Source: Thermoanaerobaculia bacterium | Lineage (GTDB): Bacteria; Acidobacteriota; Thermoanaerobaculia; Multivoradales; Multivoraceae | NCBI GenBank assembly: GCA_963664405.1 | Contig: OY761158.1 | Coordinates: 5,408,001 to 5,472,000, forward strand | Reading direction: 5' to 3' | DNA: 64,000 nucleotides | Shown: positions 19,523 to 29,592 of the stretch, one piece after another | Position numbering within the stretch: position 1 is the stretch's first letter | How the letters are laid out: each line of letters begins with the position of its first letter | Notes under the pieces: generated by a model | What the model was told of the DNA's origin: nothing | Seen by the model: only the letters and a program-made list of their open reading frames with translations | Databases searched by the model: none | Translations under genes and position numbers: made by a program

Positions 19523-20041
19523 TTGATCTTCTCTTGCAGTCTGCGCCCGGAGAGCCACAGCGGCGTGCTGGCTCGGGAGCTCGTCGGAGAGCTCGAGAGA
19601 GTCGGAAAAGAGGTCGATCTTGTCGACTTGCGTGAGGTGGAGCTGCCTTTCTGTGACGCCGACGAGTGTTATCGCGACTCCAACGTGGTGCGCGTACGCG
19701 CGATGATCGAGGAAGCGGCGAGCGTGACCTTCGCCACTCCGATCTACAACTACGAAGTCGGTGGCGCGACGCGGAACCTGGTGGCGGTGTGCGGCAACAC
19801 CTGGAAAGAGAAGATCGTCGGTTTCTTATGCGCGGCCGGCGGCCGCAACTCGTATATGTCGGTGATGGGTCTCGCCGACTCGATGATGCTCGACTTCCGA
19901 TGCCTGGTCGTGCCTCGCTTCGTCTACGCGACGCGGCAGGCCTTTCGCGATGGCTGCTTGGTCGATGACGTCGTCCAGGAGCGAGTCGAGGAGCTCGCCG
20001 GAGAGCTGGACCGACTGACGACGGCGCTTAACGGAGTCTGA
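19523..20041 (+). CDS. NADPH-dependent FMN reductase
   Basis: SLRP.SHS, DL...LPFCD and ATPIYNY motifs. Confidence 0.82.
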   Translation: MIFSCSLRPESHSGVLARELVGELERVGKEVDLVDLREVELPFCDADECYRDSNVVRVRAMIEEAASVTFATPIYNYEVGGATRNLVAVCGNTWKEKIVGFLCAAGGRNSYMSVMGLADSMMLDFRCLVVPRFVYATRQAFRDGCLVDDVVQERVEELAGELDRLTTALNGV

Positions 20042-20053
20042 ATGGCCCAGATC

Positions 20054-21406
20054 CTAGTCGGCCTTCTCCAGCGAAGCGGACAAGATCTCGACGTCGTTGC
20101 GAATGAAGACATGGCGGTTGGCGTAGGCGGGGTGTCCCCAGTTGATTTTCGCGTCGAACCTCTTACGCGGGCCGAAGCCGGCGCTTGTCGTCGGCTCGAT
20201 CAGCTTGGTGCGGTCGATCTCTTCGTACCCATTTCGTGTGAAGCGGCAGAGAATCAGCTCGCCGAGATCGTTGAACACCACCCAGCGGTCGCCCTGCTCG
20301 ACCACGTAGGCCGATCCCCAGCGCCCCTGGCGCGCCATCGTCTTGTCCTCCCACAAGCGCTTGCCGGTGGGTGCGTCGAGGGCTCGCAGCTCGCCGTAGC
20401 TGTCGATGCCGTAGATCGTCTCGCCCTTCAAGATCGGGGTGGTGATGAGAGAATGCAGGGCCTCGGTATCGCCGGGCATCTCACTGCGCCCCTTCATTCT
20501 CCACAGCTCCTTGACTCCGGGACCATCGTCGAGCTCGAGCATCAGCGAGCCACCGTAGAACGTGGACAGGAACAGAAGGTTGTTCTCGACCACGGGGGTG
20601 GCGACAGTCAGGGCTCCGCGCGTCTCGAAGGGAAAGTGCCACAACACGTCTCCCGAGTCGGGGTCGAGCGAGCTCATCGCCATCGGATGCCAGATCAGGA
20701 GCTGGCGATGCCCCGCCACTTCGACGATGGTGGGCTGCGAGTAACCGGGCTCGGAGCTGGCTTCGAGAGCCCGCCAGACTTCGGCTCCGGTCTTCTTGTC
20801 GAAAGCAACGACCAGAGCATCGGGCTCACCGCCAACGATGGCGATGAGCAGATCACCATTGACGATCGGTGAGCTCGAGAAACCCCAAACGGGGATGCCG
20901 ACGTCGTAGTCGGTGGGGTAGTGCTTCTGCCAGATCACCTTGCCGGTGTTCGTATTCAGGCACAGAAGATGACCCGCCGCGCCTATGACGTAGACGCGGT
21001 CGCCGTCGACGGTCGGCACCGCCCGCGGTCCCTCCGCGTAAGAGGCCATGAGTGAGGAGTAGTCGACCTCCCAACTATGAGTCCACAGCACCTTGCCGGT
21101 CGCCTCGTCGAGGGCGAGCATGCGCTCGGTACCGTCGATGCGAGGTGTCCCCTTGTGGCGCTCGAAGTCCGCGACGAAAACCTTGCCGCCGGCGACGACG
21201 GGACCCGCATAACCTTCCTTGATCGGCGTGCGCCAGCGCACGGTGAGCCCTTCGCTGGGGAAACGCTCGACAATGCCGTCTTCGCTCCAGATCGCCCGGC
21301 CTCCTGGGCCGCGCCATTCCGGCCAGTCTTCAGCCAGGGAGGCGCCTGCTGTAACGAGGGAACCGAGCAAGAGTGTCGCAAGGATCGAGCGGAATGTGCG
21401 GTTCAT
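20054..21406 (-). CDS. PQQ-binding-like beta-propeller exported protein
   Basis: Signal peptide; DWPEWRGP, repeated LD..TGK..W blades and WGHPAYAN. Confidence 0.85.
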   Translation of the reverse strand: MNRTFRSILATLLLGSLVTAGASLAEDWPEWRGPGGRAIWSEDGIVERFPSEGLTVRWRTPIKEGYAGPVVAGGKVFVADFERHKGTPRIDGTERMLALDEATGKVLWTHSWEVDYSSLMASYAEGPRAVPTVDGDRVYVIGAAGHLLCLNTNTGKVIWQKHYPTDYDVGIPVWGFSSSPIVNGDLLIAIVGGEPDALVVAFDKKTGAEVWRALEASSEPGYSQPTIVEVAGHRQLLIWHPMAMSSLDPDSGDVLWHFPFETRGALTVATPVVENNLLFLSTFYGGSLMLELDDGPGVKELWRMKGRSEMPGDTEALHSLITTPILKGETIYGIDSYGELRALDAPTGKRLWEDKTMARQGRWGSAYVVEQGDRWVVFNDLGELILCRFTRNGYEEIDRTKLIEPTTSAGFGPRKRFDAKINWGHPAYANRHVFIRNDVEILSASLEKAD

Positions 21407-21486
21407 ATACGGGTCACCTCTCTGTTGCGTTGAACGGCGGGAGTGTAGCAAGGCGCGGCCGCGGTGTTGCAGGTAGGCTAGGAGAG

Positions 21487-23046
21487 ATGAACCGCGATCG
21501 CATGCTTCGACACCTCCACGCCGATAAGGAGGAGTGGGACTTCATTGTGATCGGCGGTGGCGCCACGGGCCTTGGGGTCGTCGTCGATGCCGCGTCGAGG
21601 GGCTATCGATCTCTGCTCCTCGAGCAGGGCGACTTCGCCAAGGGCACGTCGAGCCGATCGACCAAGCTGATCCACGGCGGTGTGCGCTATCTCCAGCAGG
21701 GGAATGTGAGTCTGGTGCTCGAGGCGCTGCACGAGCGCGGCCTCTTACGCCAGAATGCGCCTCATCTGGTTCACGACATCCCCTTCGTGGTGCCCAACTA
21801 CGACTGGTGGGAGGCGCCGTTCTACGGCATCGGTCTCCGCCTCTACGATGTGCTCGCCGGCCGCCACGGCTTCGGAGCCTCTCGCCATCTCTCACGCGAG
21901 GAGACGCTGGCCCATCTGCCTACTCTCGAGACCGACGGCTTGCGTGGTGGCACTCTCTACTACGACGGCCAGTTCGACGACGCGCGATTGGCGATCTCGT
22001 TGGCGGCGACGGCGGCCGATCTGGGCGCGACCCTGGTCAACTACATGGCTGTCCGTTCGTTGACCAAAAGCGACGGGATGGTGCGAGGGGTGATCGCGGT
22101 CGACGGGGAGAGCGGGGAGGAGAGAGAGCTCCGTGGCAAGGTGGTGATCAATGCGACCGGCCCTTGGAGCGACTCTGTGCGGAGCATGGACGACCCTCAG
22201 GCCTCGCCGATGATGCGGCCGAGCCAGGGAGTTCATGTTGTTCTGGAGCGCCGCTTCTTACCCGGCGACAGCGCGATCATGGTGCCTCACACCGACGACG
22301 GGCGGGTGCTCTTCGCCATTCCCTGGCACGACCGGGTGATCGTCGGCACCACTGACACTCCGATCGAGGAAGCGACGCTCGAGCCTCGTCCGCTCCCCGA
22401 GGAGATCGACTTCCTACTCACGCACGCCGCCCGCTATCTCGACGAGGATCCCGTGCGGGCCGACGTCCTCTCGGCCTTCGCCGGCATCCGCCCGCTCGTC
22501 GGCGACCCCGACAATCAGGACTCGGCGTCGATCTCGCGCGATCACACGCTGCAAATCTCGTCGTCCTGCCTGGTGACCATTGCCGGCGGGAAGTGGACGA
22601 CTTACCGCAAGATGGCGGAAGATACGGTCAATCAGGCGGCGGTCCTGGCTCAGCTCCCCGAGCGCTCCTGCGTTACCGGCGAGCTCAACCTGCATGGCTA
22701 CCATCGCGACGCTGCCTCATTCGGCGACCTCGCCGCCTACGGCGCCGATGCAGTGCCCTTGCGGGACTTCCTCGCCACCCAGCCGAGCTATGGGGAGCGC
22801 CTTCATCCGTCTCTGCGCCCTTTCGTCGGAGAGGTCGTTTGGGCGGTGCGAGAGGAGATGGCCAGAAACGTCGAGGACTTTCTAGCTCGGCGAACGCGTT
22901 CTCTGCTGCTCGACGCCAGGTCGAGCATCGAGGCCGCTCCTCGCGTGGCCGAGCTGATGGCTGCCGAGCTGGGGCGTGACGCGAGCTGGCGCGACGAACA
23001 AGTCGAGCAGTACCGGACCCTAGCCGCCGGCTATTTGGCGGAGTGA
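21487..23046 (+). CDS. glpD: FAD-dependent glycerol-3-phosphate dehydrogenase
   Basis: IGGGATG, GTSSRSTKLIHGGVRYL, DGQFDDARL and GGKWTTYRKMAE motifs. Confidence 0.93.
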   Translation: MNRDRMLRHLHADKEEWDFIVIGGGATGLGVVVDAASRGYRSLLLEQGDFAKGTSSRSTKLIHGGVRYLQQGNVSLVLEALHERGLLRQNAPHLVHDIPFVVPNYDWWEAPFYGIGLRLYDVLAGRHGFGASRHLSREETLAHLPTLETDGLRGGTLYYDGQFDDARLAISLAATAADLGATLVNYMAVRSLTKSDGMVRGVIAVDGESGEERELRGKVVINATGPWSDSVRSMDDPQASPMMRPSQGVHVVLERRFLPGDSAIMVPHTDDGRVLFAIPWHDRVIVGTTDTPIEEATLEPRPLPEEIDFLLTHAARYLDEDPVRADVLSAFAGIRPLVGDPDNQDSASISRDHTLQISSSCLVTIAGGKWTTYRKMAEDTVNQAAVLAQLPERSCVTGELNLHGYHRDAASFGDLAAYGADAVPLRDFLATQPSYGERLHPSLRPFVGEVVWAVREEMARNVEDFLARRTRSLLLDARSSIEAAPRVAELMAAELGRDASWRDEQVEQYRTLAAGYLAE

Positions 23047-23076
23047 CGAGATCACCGGAACATCCCAAGCCCGCCC

Positions 23077-24939
23077 CTACTCTCGATCCTTCCCGAAGAG
23101 GCTGCGTAGTCCGTCTCTCAAGGTGTCCTCCAGCGTTGACTTCAACTTGTCGACCTCTTTCCCCAGCACGGCCTTGGCGATCTCTTTCAGTGCATCCTGG
23201 AGGGCGTCACGATCGAGCCCGATCTCAGGCTCCTCGACGGTGCCGCGGATGATGAGCGGCACCCAGATACGCCCGTCGTCCGTCGTCAAGGCTCGCACAA
23301 CGTCCGCCGCGAGCTCGTCGGTCGGCTCGTAGGTCGAGGGCAATCCGACGTTCGCGGAGAAGGTGAGGGATCCGTCTGCGGCAACGGAGCCTTTGCCTCG
23401 CAGCAGGAAGATCTCACTCTCGAGAGTAAAAGGAAGAACTTCGAGTTTGCCCTGCTCGAGCGTGAACTCGACATCCGTACCCAGGTAGGCGGCGCCATCC
23501 GAAGAGGTGTCGAGAAGATTGTCGAGAGCGATCAGTAGGGGCATCGAAGGGAAGCGTCCGGGGTCGAGCCTGATCGTGCCTTCGGCCTGCAACTTCTCGG
23601 GCGCCGACGTGGGGCCGAAGGCGCGGGCCGAAATGCGAGCCGCGCCCATCGCGTCCTGGTCGCGGGCACCGAGGGCGCTGTCGAGGTCGAGTGAGCCTCC
23701 CTCGAGAACGAGCTCGTAGTCCGGTGGGTGGCTCTCGAGGTTGGCATCGAGGAGAAGTCCCTCCGAGGGGATCTCCACCTGCGCCTGGACGGTCGCCCGC
23801 CCGTCGAGCTCGCCGTGACCTTCGGCGCGCAGCTTCACGATGTCGCCGGTGAGCTCGAAGGGGAGGATCTGGATCGCGCCCTCGCGAAGCTCGAGCGTGA
23901 CGGTGGTGGGCTGGTAGGCCGAGCCCACCAGGCCGATGTCGAGGATGGTATCGATGTCGGTCATCGGCGAGAGGGGTGGAATGCGGCCTGCGGCGAGCGA
24001 GATCGTGCCGGTGGCCCGTACGCCATCCGGGTCGATGCCTGCGCCCGAGACGTCGAGCTCGACAGCTCCGGGGCCCAGATAGGGATCGCCTTCGAGGCCG
24101 AGGAGGGCGTCGAGGTCGACGGACTCCGCCAGGACGGTGATCCGATACTCGAAGGGGGCTTCTGCCAGGTCGACCTGGCCCTCGGGAATGCGCAGCCGGC
24201 CCCATGGACTCGAGGCCGTGAGGTCGCTCAGGCGATAGACGCCTCGCTCCGCGGAAAGGTTCCCGCTAGCGCTGTCAAGAGAAGTGTCGCCGACCCGGAT
24301 AGCGGCAATCTGGATCTCGCCGCGGGCGGAAAGGCCGAGCAGGGCCGACGGTGCTTGTGGGTCGATCTCGAGATCCTGAAGGTCGAGGTCGAGGCCCTCG
24401 AGTACCAGCGTGTCTCCTTCGACGTCCTCCGAGCGCACCTCGAGGTGGCCGTCCCGAAGACGGATCTCTTGAATCTTGACGTCCAGGCTCCCAGTACTCG
24501 GCACACCTTCTGGCATGGGCAGAGCGGTGTCTCCCCGAGGTCCGGGCGAACGCCTGCCGCTGTCGCCTGTCGAGGGGCGTCCGTTTTCGTCGGTGGCAGT
24601 GACAATCTCGACCAGGGCTCCCTCCAGGAAGATCTCGTCGACCGCGACCTGGCCGCGCAGAAGCGGCCAGAGCCGGTGCTTGAAGACGACCGCGTCGAGG
24701 GTGCCTCGCACGCTGCCCGAAGGGATCTCGCCCTCGATCTGAACATCCTCGAGACGAAAGCCCTCGATCAGCTTGAGGCGGAAGTCCCCGACTTGGAGCC
24801 GAAACCCGGTCGTAGCTTCGGCCTCGGCGAGGAGCCGGTTACCGATCTCGCTGACGTCGATCTGGACGAAGAGAAGTAGCGCGACACAGACGACGGCGAA
24901 CACAAACAGGGAGACCAATAGGAGAGCCCATCGCCGCAT
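23077..24939 (-). CDS. AsmA-like protein
   Basis: N-terminal TM anchor, long beta-rich repeats and C-terminal VPL.IRGT.EEP. Confidence 0.7.
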   Translation of the reverse strand: MRRWALLLVSLFVFAVVCVALLLFVQIDVSEIGNRLLAEAEATTGFRLQVGDFRLKLIEGFRLEDVQIEGEIPSGSVRGTLDAVVFKHRLWPLLRGQVAVDEIFLEGALVEIVTATDENGRPSTGDSGRRSPGPRGDTALPMPEGVPSTGSLDVKIQEIRLRDGHLEVRSEDVEGDTLVLEGLDLDLQDLEIDPQAPSALLGLSARGEIQIAAIRVGDTSLDSASGNLSAERGVYRLSDLTASSPWGRLRIPEGQVDLAEAPFEYRITVLAESVDLDALLGLEGDPYLGPGAVELDVSGAGIDPDGVRATGTISLAAGRIPPLSPMTDIDTILDIGLVGSAYQPTTVTLELREGAIQILPFELTGDIVKLRAEGHGELDGRATVQAQVEIPSEGLLLDANLESHPPDYELVLEGGSLDLDSALGARDQDAMGAARISARAFGPTSAPEKLQAEGTIRLDPGRFPSMPLLIALDNLLDTSSDGAAYLGTDVEFTLEQGKLEVLPFTLESEIFLLRGKGSVAADGSLTFSANVGLPSTYEPTDELAADVVRALTTDDGRIWVPLIIRGTVEEPEIGLDRDALQDALKEIAKAVLGKEVDKLKSTLEDTLRDGLRSLFGKDRE

Positions 24940-25030
24940 TGGGTAAGAATACGCTTGGCGGTGTGAGTGTGCCAGGCCCCGTTGGTTCTGCTACCTCTGC
25001 TCGCCCACCTATGTTAGGTATGTCTGCCGG

Positions 25031-26617
25031 ATGACCGATCACGATCTCTACCTGTCTTCCAAAGCCTGGCCCTTCGTCGAGGCGCGCAAGGTCGTCGATC
25101 GCCATCGCGGCGGGGCTCCCGAGAAGGGCTACGCACTCTTCGAGACCGGCTACGGCCCTTCCGGGCTGCCGCATATCGGCACCTTCGCCGAGGTGGCGCG
25201 CACCTTGATGGTCCTGCACGCGTACCGTCGCATCTCCGATCTACCGGCGCGGCTGATCTGCTTCTCCGACGACATGGACGGCCTGCGGCGGGTGCCTGGC
25301 AACGTTCCCAACCAGGAGCTTCTCGAGGCCAATCTCGGCAAGCCGCTGTCGCAGGTGCCCGACCCCTTTGGGACGCACGAGAGCTTCGCTGCGCACAACA
25401 ATGCGCGGCTTCGGGCCTTTCTCGACCAGTACGGCTTCGAGTACGAGTTCCTCTCTTCGACCGAGTGCTACAAGAGTGGCCGTTTCGATGAGGCTCTGCT
25501 TCTCGTTTTGCGCCACTACGACCAGATCCGGTCGGTGATGCTCGAGACCTTGGGAGAGGAGCGGCGCAAGACCTACTCTCCTTTCCTACCGGTGTGTCCG
25601 AAGACGGGAGTGGTGCTGCAGGTACCGACTGTCGCCAGAGACGTCGACGCCGGCACCATCAGCTTCGTTGACGGTGATGGAGAGACGCAGACCGTTCCGG
25701 TGACCGGTGGCCACGTGAAGTGCCAGTGGAAGGTCGACTGGGCGATGCGCTGGCATGCTCTCGAGGTCGACTACGAGATGTCCGGTAAAGACCTCATCGA
25801 GTCGGTGAAGGTGTCCTCGGCGATCCAGCGAGTCTTGGGTAGCAAGCCACCGGCGGTCCTCAACTACGAGCTCTTCCTCGACGACAAAGGACAGAGAATC
25901 TCAAAGTCCAAAGGCAATGGGCTCACCATGGACGAGTGGCTTGCGTACGCCAGCCCCGAGAGTCTCTCCTGGTACATGTATCAGAGCCCGAAGCGTGCGA
26001 AGCGTCTCTACTTCGACGTCATTCCTCGCGCTGTCGACGACTACTACGAGGCGCTGGACCGCTATGCCGGCGAAGACGCAGAGAAGCAGATCCAGAGTGG
26101 TATTTTTCACATCCACGACGGCTCGCCGCCCGAGTTCGACCTGCCGATCACCTTCTCGCTCTTGCTCAACCTGGTGAGCGCCGCGCATGTGACCGACAAA
26201 GAGCGGCTGTGGGATTTCGTGCGTCGTTATCGCCCCGGTGCCGACGCCGACAACCATCCCGAGCTCGACCGTCTGCTCGACTACGCGTTGCGCTACTACC
26301 AAGACTTCGTAGCACCGAACCAGGACTATCGAGCGCCCGACGATCGGGAGCGGGCTGCGATGATCGATCTCGTCTCTCGCTTGCGGGGTCTGGGTGGCGA
26401 TGCGCAAGCCGAGACCCTGCAACACGAGGTCTACGAGGCCGGGAAGAGTCAGGACTTCGATTCTCTGCGCGACTGGTTTCGCGCTCTGTACGAGTGTCTG
26501 CTCGGACACTCGCAGGGCCCGCGCATGGGTAGCTTCATCGCTCTTTACGGGGTCGCATCGACGATTGAGCTCCTCGAAGAGGCAATTGGGCGCGGTGCGG
26601 AGGAAGGGGCCTCCTAA
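25031..26617 (+). CDS. lysS: Class I lysyl-tRNA synthetase
   Basis: AWPF.EA, ETGYGPSGLPHIGT (HIGH-like), KCQWKVDWAMRW, ISKSKGNG (KMSKS-like) and QGPRMGSF. Confidence 0.95.
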   Translation: MTDHDLYLSSKAWPFVEARKVVDRHRGGAPEKGYALFETGYGPSGLPHIGTFAEVARTLMVLHAYRRISDLPARLICFSDDMDGLRRVPGNVPNQELLEANLGKPLSQVPDPFGTHESFAAHNNARLRAFLDQYGFEYEFLSSTECYKSGRFDEALLLVLRHYDQIRSVMLETLGEERRKTYSPFLPVCPKTGVVLQVPTVARDVDAGTISFVDGDGETQTVPVTGGHVKCQWKVDWAMRWHALEVDYEMSGKDLIESVKVSSAIQRVLGSKPPAVLNYELFLDDKGQRISKSKGNGLTMDEWLAYASPESLSWYMYQSPKRAKRLYFDVIPRAVDDYYEALDRYAGEDAEKQIQSGIFHIHDGSPPEFDLPITFSLLLNLVSAAHVTDKERLWDFVRRYRPGADADNHPELDRLLDYALRYYQDFVAPNQDYRAPDDRERAAMIDLVSRLRGLGGDAQAETLQHEVYEAGKSQDFDSLRDWFRALYECLLGHSQGPRMGSFIALYGVASTIELLEEAIGRGAEEGAS

Positions 26618-26694
26618 GCACTCGCCTCCCTTGTGCCAGGCCGGAGGGCCGTCTTTCGTCTTCTCTCGTTAGAACCCTAACGAGGGAGGCGAAG

Positions 26695-26872
26695 ATGTCT
26701 CGATCGACACCAACCGTATCCGCGTCGCCGTCAGCCTCAGAAGAGCACTCGCAACGTCCTCTGCTCGAGACCGTGCGTCGGCAGCTCCGAGTGCGCCGAA
26801 GAGGGAGGCGAACGGAGAAGGCTTACGTGGGCTGGATCCGGCGCTACATCTTGTTCCATGGAAAGCGACAGC
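26695..26872 (+). pseudogene. intI: Integron integrase N-terminal fragment
   Basis: LLETVRRQLRVRR.GRRTEKAYVGWIRRYILFHGKR.P matches the IntI N-terminal consensus (L...R..LR.RHYS..TE.AY..W..R.I.FH..RHP). Truncated at the IS3 remnant. Confidence 0.8.
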
Positions 26873-27009
26873 CTATGGCCGCTCTCGGTCACCATCCGAA
26901 CCGCTTCCTCTTTGAACTCCCGACTGAAACTCCTCCGGGTTGCTGAGATCGACACCTCCCAGCCCATTATCGGGCTTGATCAGGTATCCACGAAACCCGG
27001 GGAACTCCA
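26866..27009 (-). mobile_element. IS3-family left-end remnant (IRL plus orfA fragment)
   Basis: Minus strand begins TGGAGTTCCCCGGGTTTCGTGGATACC, then SD GGAGG and RRSFSREFKEEAVRMV.ESG (OrfA HTH start). Confidence 0.8.
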
Positions 27010-27036
27010 CTCGTGCTCCTTGGTAGACTCAGCCTG

Positions 27037-27321
27037 ATGAAGCACGCGGTGGAAGTCGAAGCGCGTTCGGGTTTTCGTATCTGGGTTCGATTCGACGACG
27101 GCGTTGACGGCGAGATCGATCTCTCAGACCTGGCAGGCCGGGGCGTTTTTCGAGCATGGGAGGATCGCGCTGTGTTCGAGGCGGTGTCCGTTGGCCCTGG
27201 CGGCTGTGTTGCGTGGCCGGGCGATCTGGAGATTTGCCCCGACAGCACCTATCTTCGCCTAACCGGGAAGGACCCAGAGGACATTTTTCCGAGACTCCGC
27301 CCGAGCTCGGCGCATGCCTGA
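27037..27321 (+). CDS. DUF2442 protein (putative antitoxin)
   Basis: VRFDDG..GEIDLS.L...GVF..W.D...F..V and W...LEICPD..Y motifs. Confidence 0.82.
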   Translation: MKHAVEVEARSGFRIWVRFDDGVDGEIDLSDLAGRGVFRAWEDRAVFEAVSVGPGGCVAWPGDLEICPDSTYLRLTGKDPEDIFPRLRPSSAHA

Positions 27322-27574
27322 GCTATCTCGGTTCTACGGCATCATCATCCGAATGTACTTCGGAGATCATCCGCCGCCACACTTCCACGCGTTCTACGGA
27401 GAGTACGAGGCTCTCGTGAGGATCGAGAACCTCTCGGTGTTGGCGGGCTCGATGCCCGCGCGGGCTCTCGGTCTCGTCGTGGAATGGGCGTCGTTGCATC
27501 AAGAAGAGCTCCGTGCGGCGTGGCGGCGCGCCAGCGAGAATCAGGTACCGGGGAAGATCCAGCCCCTACCATGA
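27314..27574 (+). CDS. DUF4160 protein (putative toxin)
   Basis: MPELSRFYGIIIRMY..DHPPPHFHA.Y and EWA.LHQ.EL..W motifs. Confidence 0.88.
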   Translation: MPELSRFYGIIIRMYFGDHPPPHFHAFYGEYEALVRIENLSVLAGSMPARALGLVVEWASLHQEELRAAWRRASENQVPGKIQPLP

Positions 27575-27584
27575 TCTGCCAGTT

Positions 27585-27646
27585 GCCTAACCTTGCGCTG
27601 GAGCGGACGCCCATTGCGAGCGCCGCTCAGCTTAGGACTGTTAGAT
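27585..27646 (+). other. attC site
   Basis: R'' GCCTAAC ... imperfect palindrome (GCTGGAGCGG/CCGCTCAGC) ... R' GTTAGAT; 62 bp, 10 bp after a stop codon. Confidence 0.85.
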
Positions 27647-27860
27647 GGCCACTGAATTGAGAGGAATCAAATGATCGAGACTGCGGGGGTCGCGCTTGCG
27701 ACTCTTGTGGCCACAATCGGCCCGCTCGACGTCGCCGCCATTTTTGCCGCGCTAACAGCGGGCGCGACTCCGCAGCAGAGGCGTTCGATGGCGATTCGCG
27801 GATCAGTGATGGCTGCCGTGATTCTGGTTTCGTTCGCACTGGTCGGCGAGCTTCTCCTAG

Positions 27861-29592
27861 CTAGATCGCGTCCGGAAACGGACGAAATAGAGTGGTGTCC
27901 GGGTCTCATCGAGCTTTTTTTCGAAGCCTGTTGCGTGCGATTCCAGGTTTTCTGTACCTGGTTCGCTGGATCAGGAAGGCTCGGCTGCTTTGACGGCGTA
28001 TTGCGGGGTTGGTGCTCCGTTTCTCCAGCAGTGCTGGGGGTGAATCGAACGGTGTGCGATGCCCTATTTCAGTTGATGAGGTGCCTTGCGGTGACGAGGA
28101 GGTTGCTGGTGATCACACTCGCCCAAGCGTAGCTCTGGAAGGAAGGCCAGGATCTCCAAGTGCATCGCTTGAGTCCAAAGGCGCGTTTGAGAAAGGAGAT
28201 GATGCCTTCGATACCGGCGCGAAAGTCGCGCAGCCGCTTGTAGACCCAGGAGCTCTGGGCCATGTCACTGACCTGAAGGCCCCGGCCCTTGCTGAAGACG
28301 ACATCGTGCACGAAATAGAGTGGTGTCCCATCTGCTTGATCTCTTCGAGATTGGCTTTGGAGGCGAACCCGCCGTCGAAGGCGATCTGGCGCGGGGGTTG
28401 GCTATGGTTGGCGATGTGGCGCTGGACCATGGTCGTGGCGAGGCTGGAGTCGGGCGGGTTTCCCTGGAGGATCACGAGATCCAGGACAAGGGACGAGGAG
28501 CCGGCGGTGAGGCAGACCTTGTGGCCGTAGAGCGTTTCTCTGGCGTCTTTGCGAATGATCGCGGTGTGCTCCTCGAAGATCGAGACGATCTTCTCGCTCG
28601 CGGGGACCGTTTCGCCGTCGAGAATTCTACGGCGTGTCGGGTCGATGACCGTGGCGGTGCGCTCGAGGAAACAGTCGAGCTCCTCGAGGAGTCGACGGGC
28701 GCCGGATTCCTGGGAAGGCCCCTGCTTGGCGAGCACATTCCGGGCCGCCTTGGCTGAATCTTGGACTTTCTCGGTGATCTGGATCAGGTCGCGGTAGGGC
28801 TGGAGCCGCATATCCTTGGTGCGCGAGTCGTTGATCTTCTTGCGCCGCCTCTTGGCTTGCCGCGATCGGTCGCGGAACGAGAAGTGCTCGCTGCCCAGCA
28901 GGCCTCGCGCCCTTGCGAGCAATCGGGTAAGCACCCGAACGCAATCCCAGAGCAGCTCGGAGTCGGTCGGATGATGGATGTTGGACTCCACCACGGTGGC
29001 GTCCACCCGGACTCTGTTGCCTCGCTCCACTCCCGTGTCGAGTGCCAGGGCCACGATTCGCTTGTGAATCGCCTCCAGGGTGGCGCACGTCAGTGCCTTG
29101 ATGTTCTGGGCCAGCGTCGACTTCTTCGGCGTCCACCCGACGAGGCCGAGGCGGCAGAAGGTCCGGTAGCTACGGGAATCCTCAAGGTGGAAGGCGAGCT
29201 CCGAATAACTGAAACCGCCCATCTGCTTCACGATCAGGGCCCGGACCACCTGCTCGCCCGACATGCCTCGCGCCCCGGTGCTCTGGCCTTTGCCTCCAGC
29301 CTGTAGCTGCAGGTCTTGCCACGCAAGCTCGTAGATTCTAGGATCCCTGTCGAGGAGGCGAGAGATCGCTTCGAGTTCTTTGGCATGGTCCAGATCGAGC
29401 CACTTTTCGGTGAGATCAGGCTGAATACTGACGGCTTGTCGCATCTCGGGCTGGCTCCTTCTCGGCGTAAGCTATTTAGAATCAACGGTTTCGTCACCTA
29501 GACTCTATCAAGCTCCGCGGAGAATTACCAGCCCTGCCTCCCTCGCAAGCCACTGACGCAAAACAACTTACACGATTCCGGACGAGAACTAG
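27861..29592 (-). mobile_element. ISNCY/IS5-like DDE insertion sequence
   Basis: Imperfect terminal IRs CTAGATCGCGTCCGGAA / TTCCGGACGAGAACTAG. CTAGCTAG is present on both sides, so the duplication is 4 or 8 bp depending on where the ends are placed. Confidence 0.82.
28069..29444 (-). pseudogene. DDE transposase, frameshifted by a 14-bp insertion near 28312-28325
   Basis: RVDATVVESNIHHPTDS, EKIVSIFEEH, YGHK and DGGFAS motifs. The C-terminus (FRAGIEGIISFLKR.FGL.RC.W) continues in another frame. Confidence 0.82.

Noticed and set aside
26665-26684. CTCGTTAG-AACC-CTAACGAG palindrome as attI
   Set aside because: It contains GTTAG/CTAAC cores upstream of intI, but the geometry (GTT before AAC, 4-bp gap) does not fit a simple attI site. 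Left unassigned.
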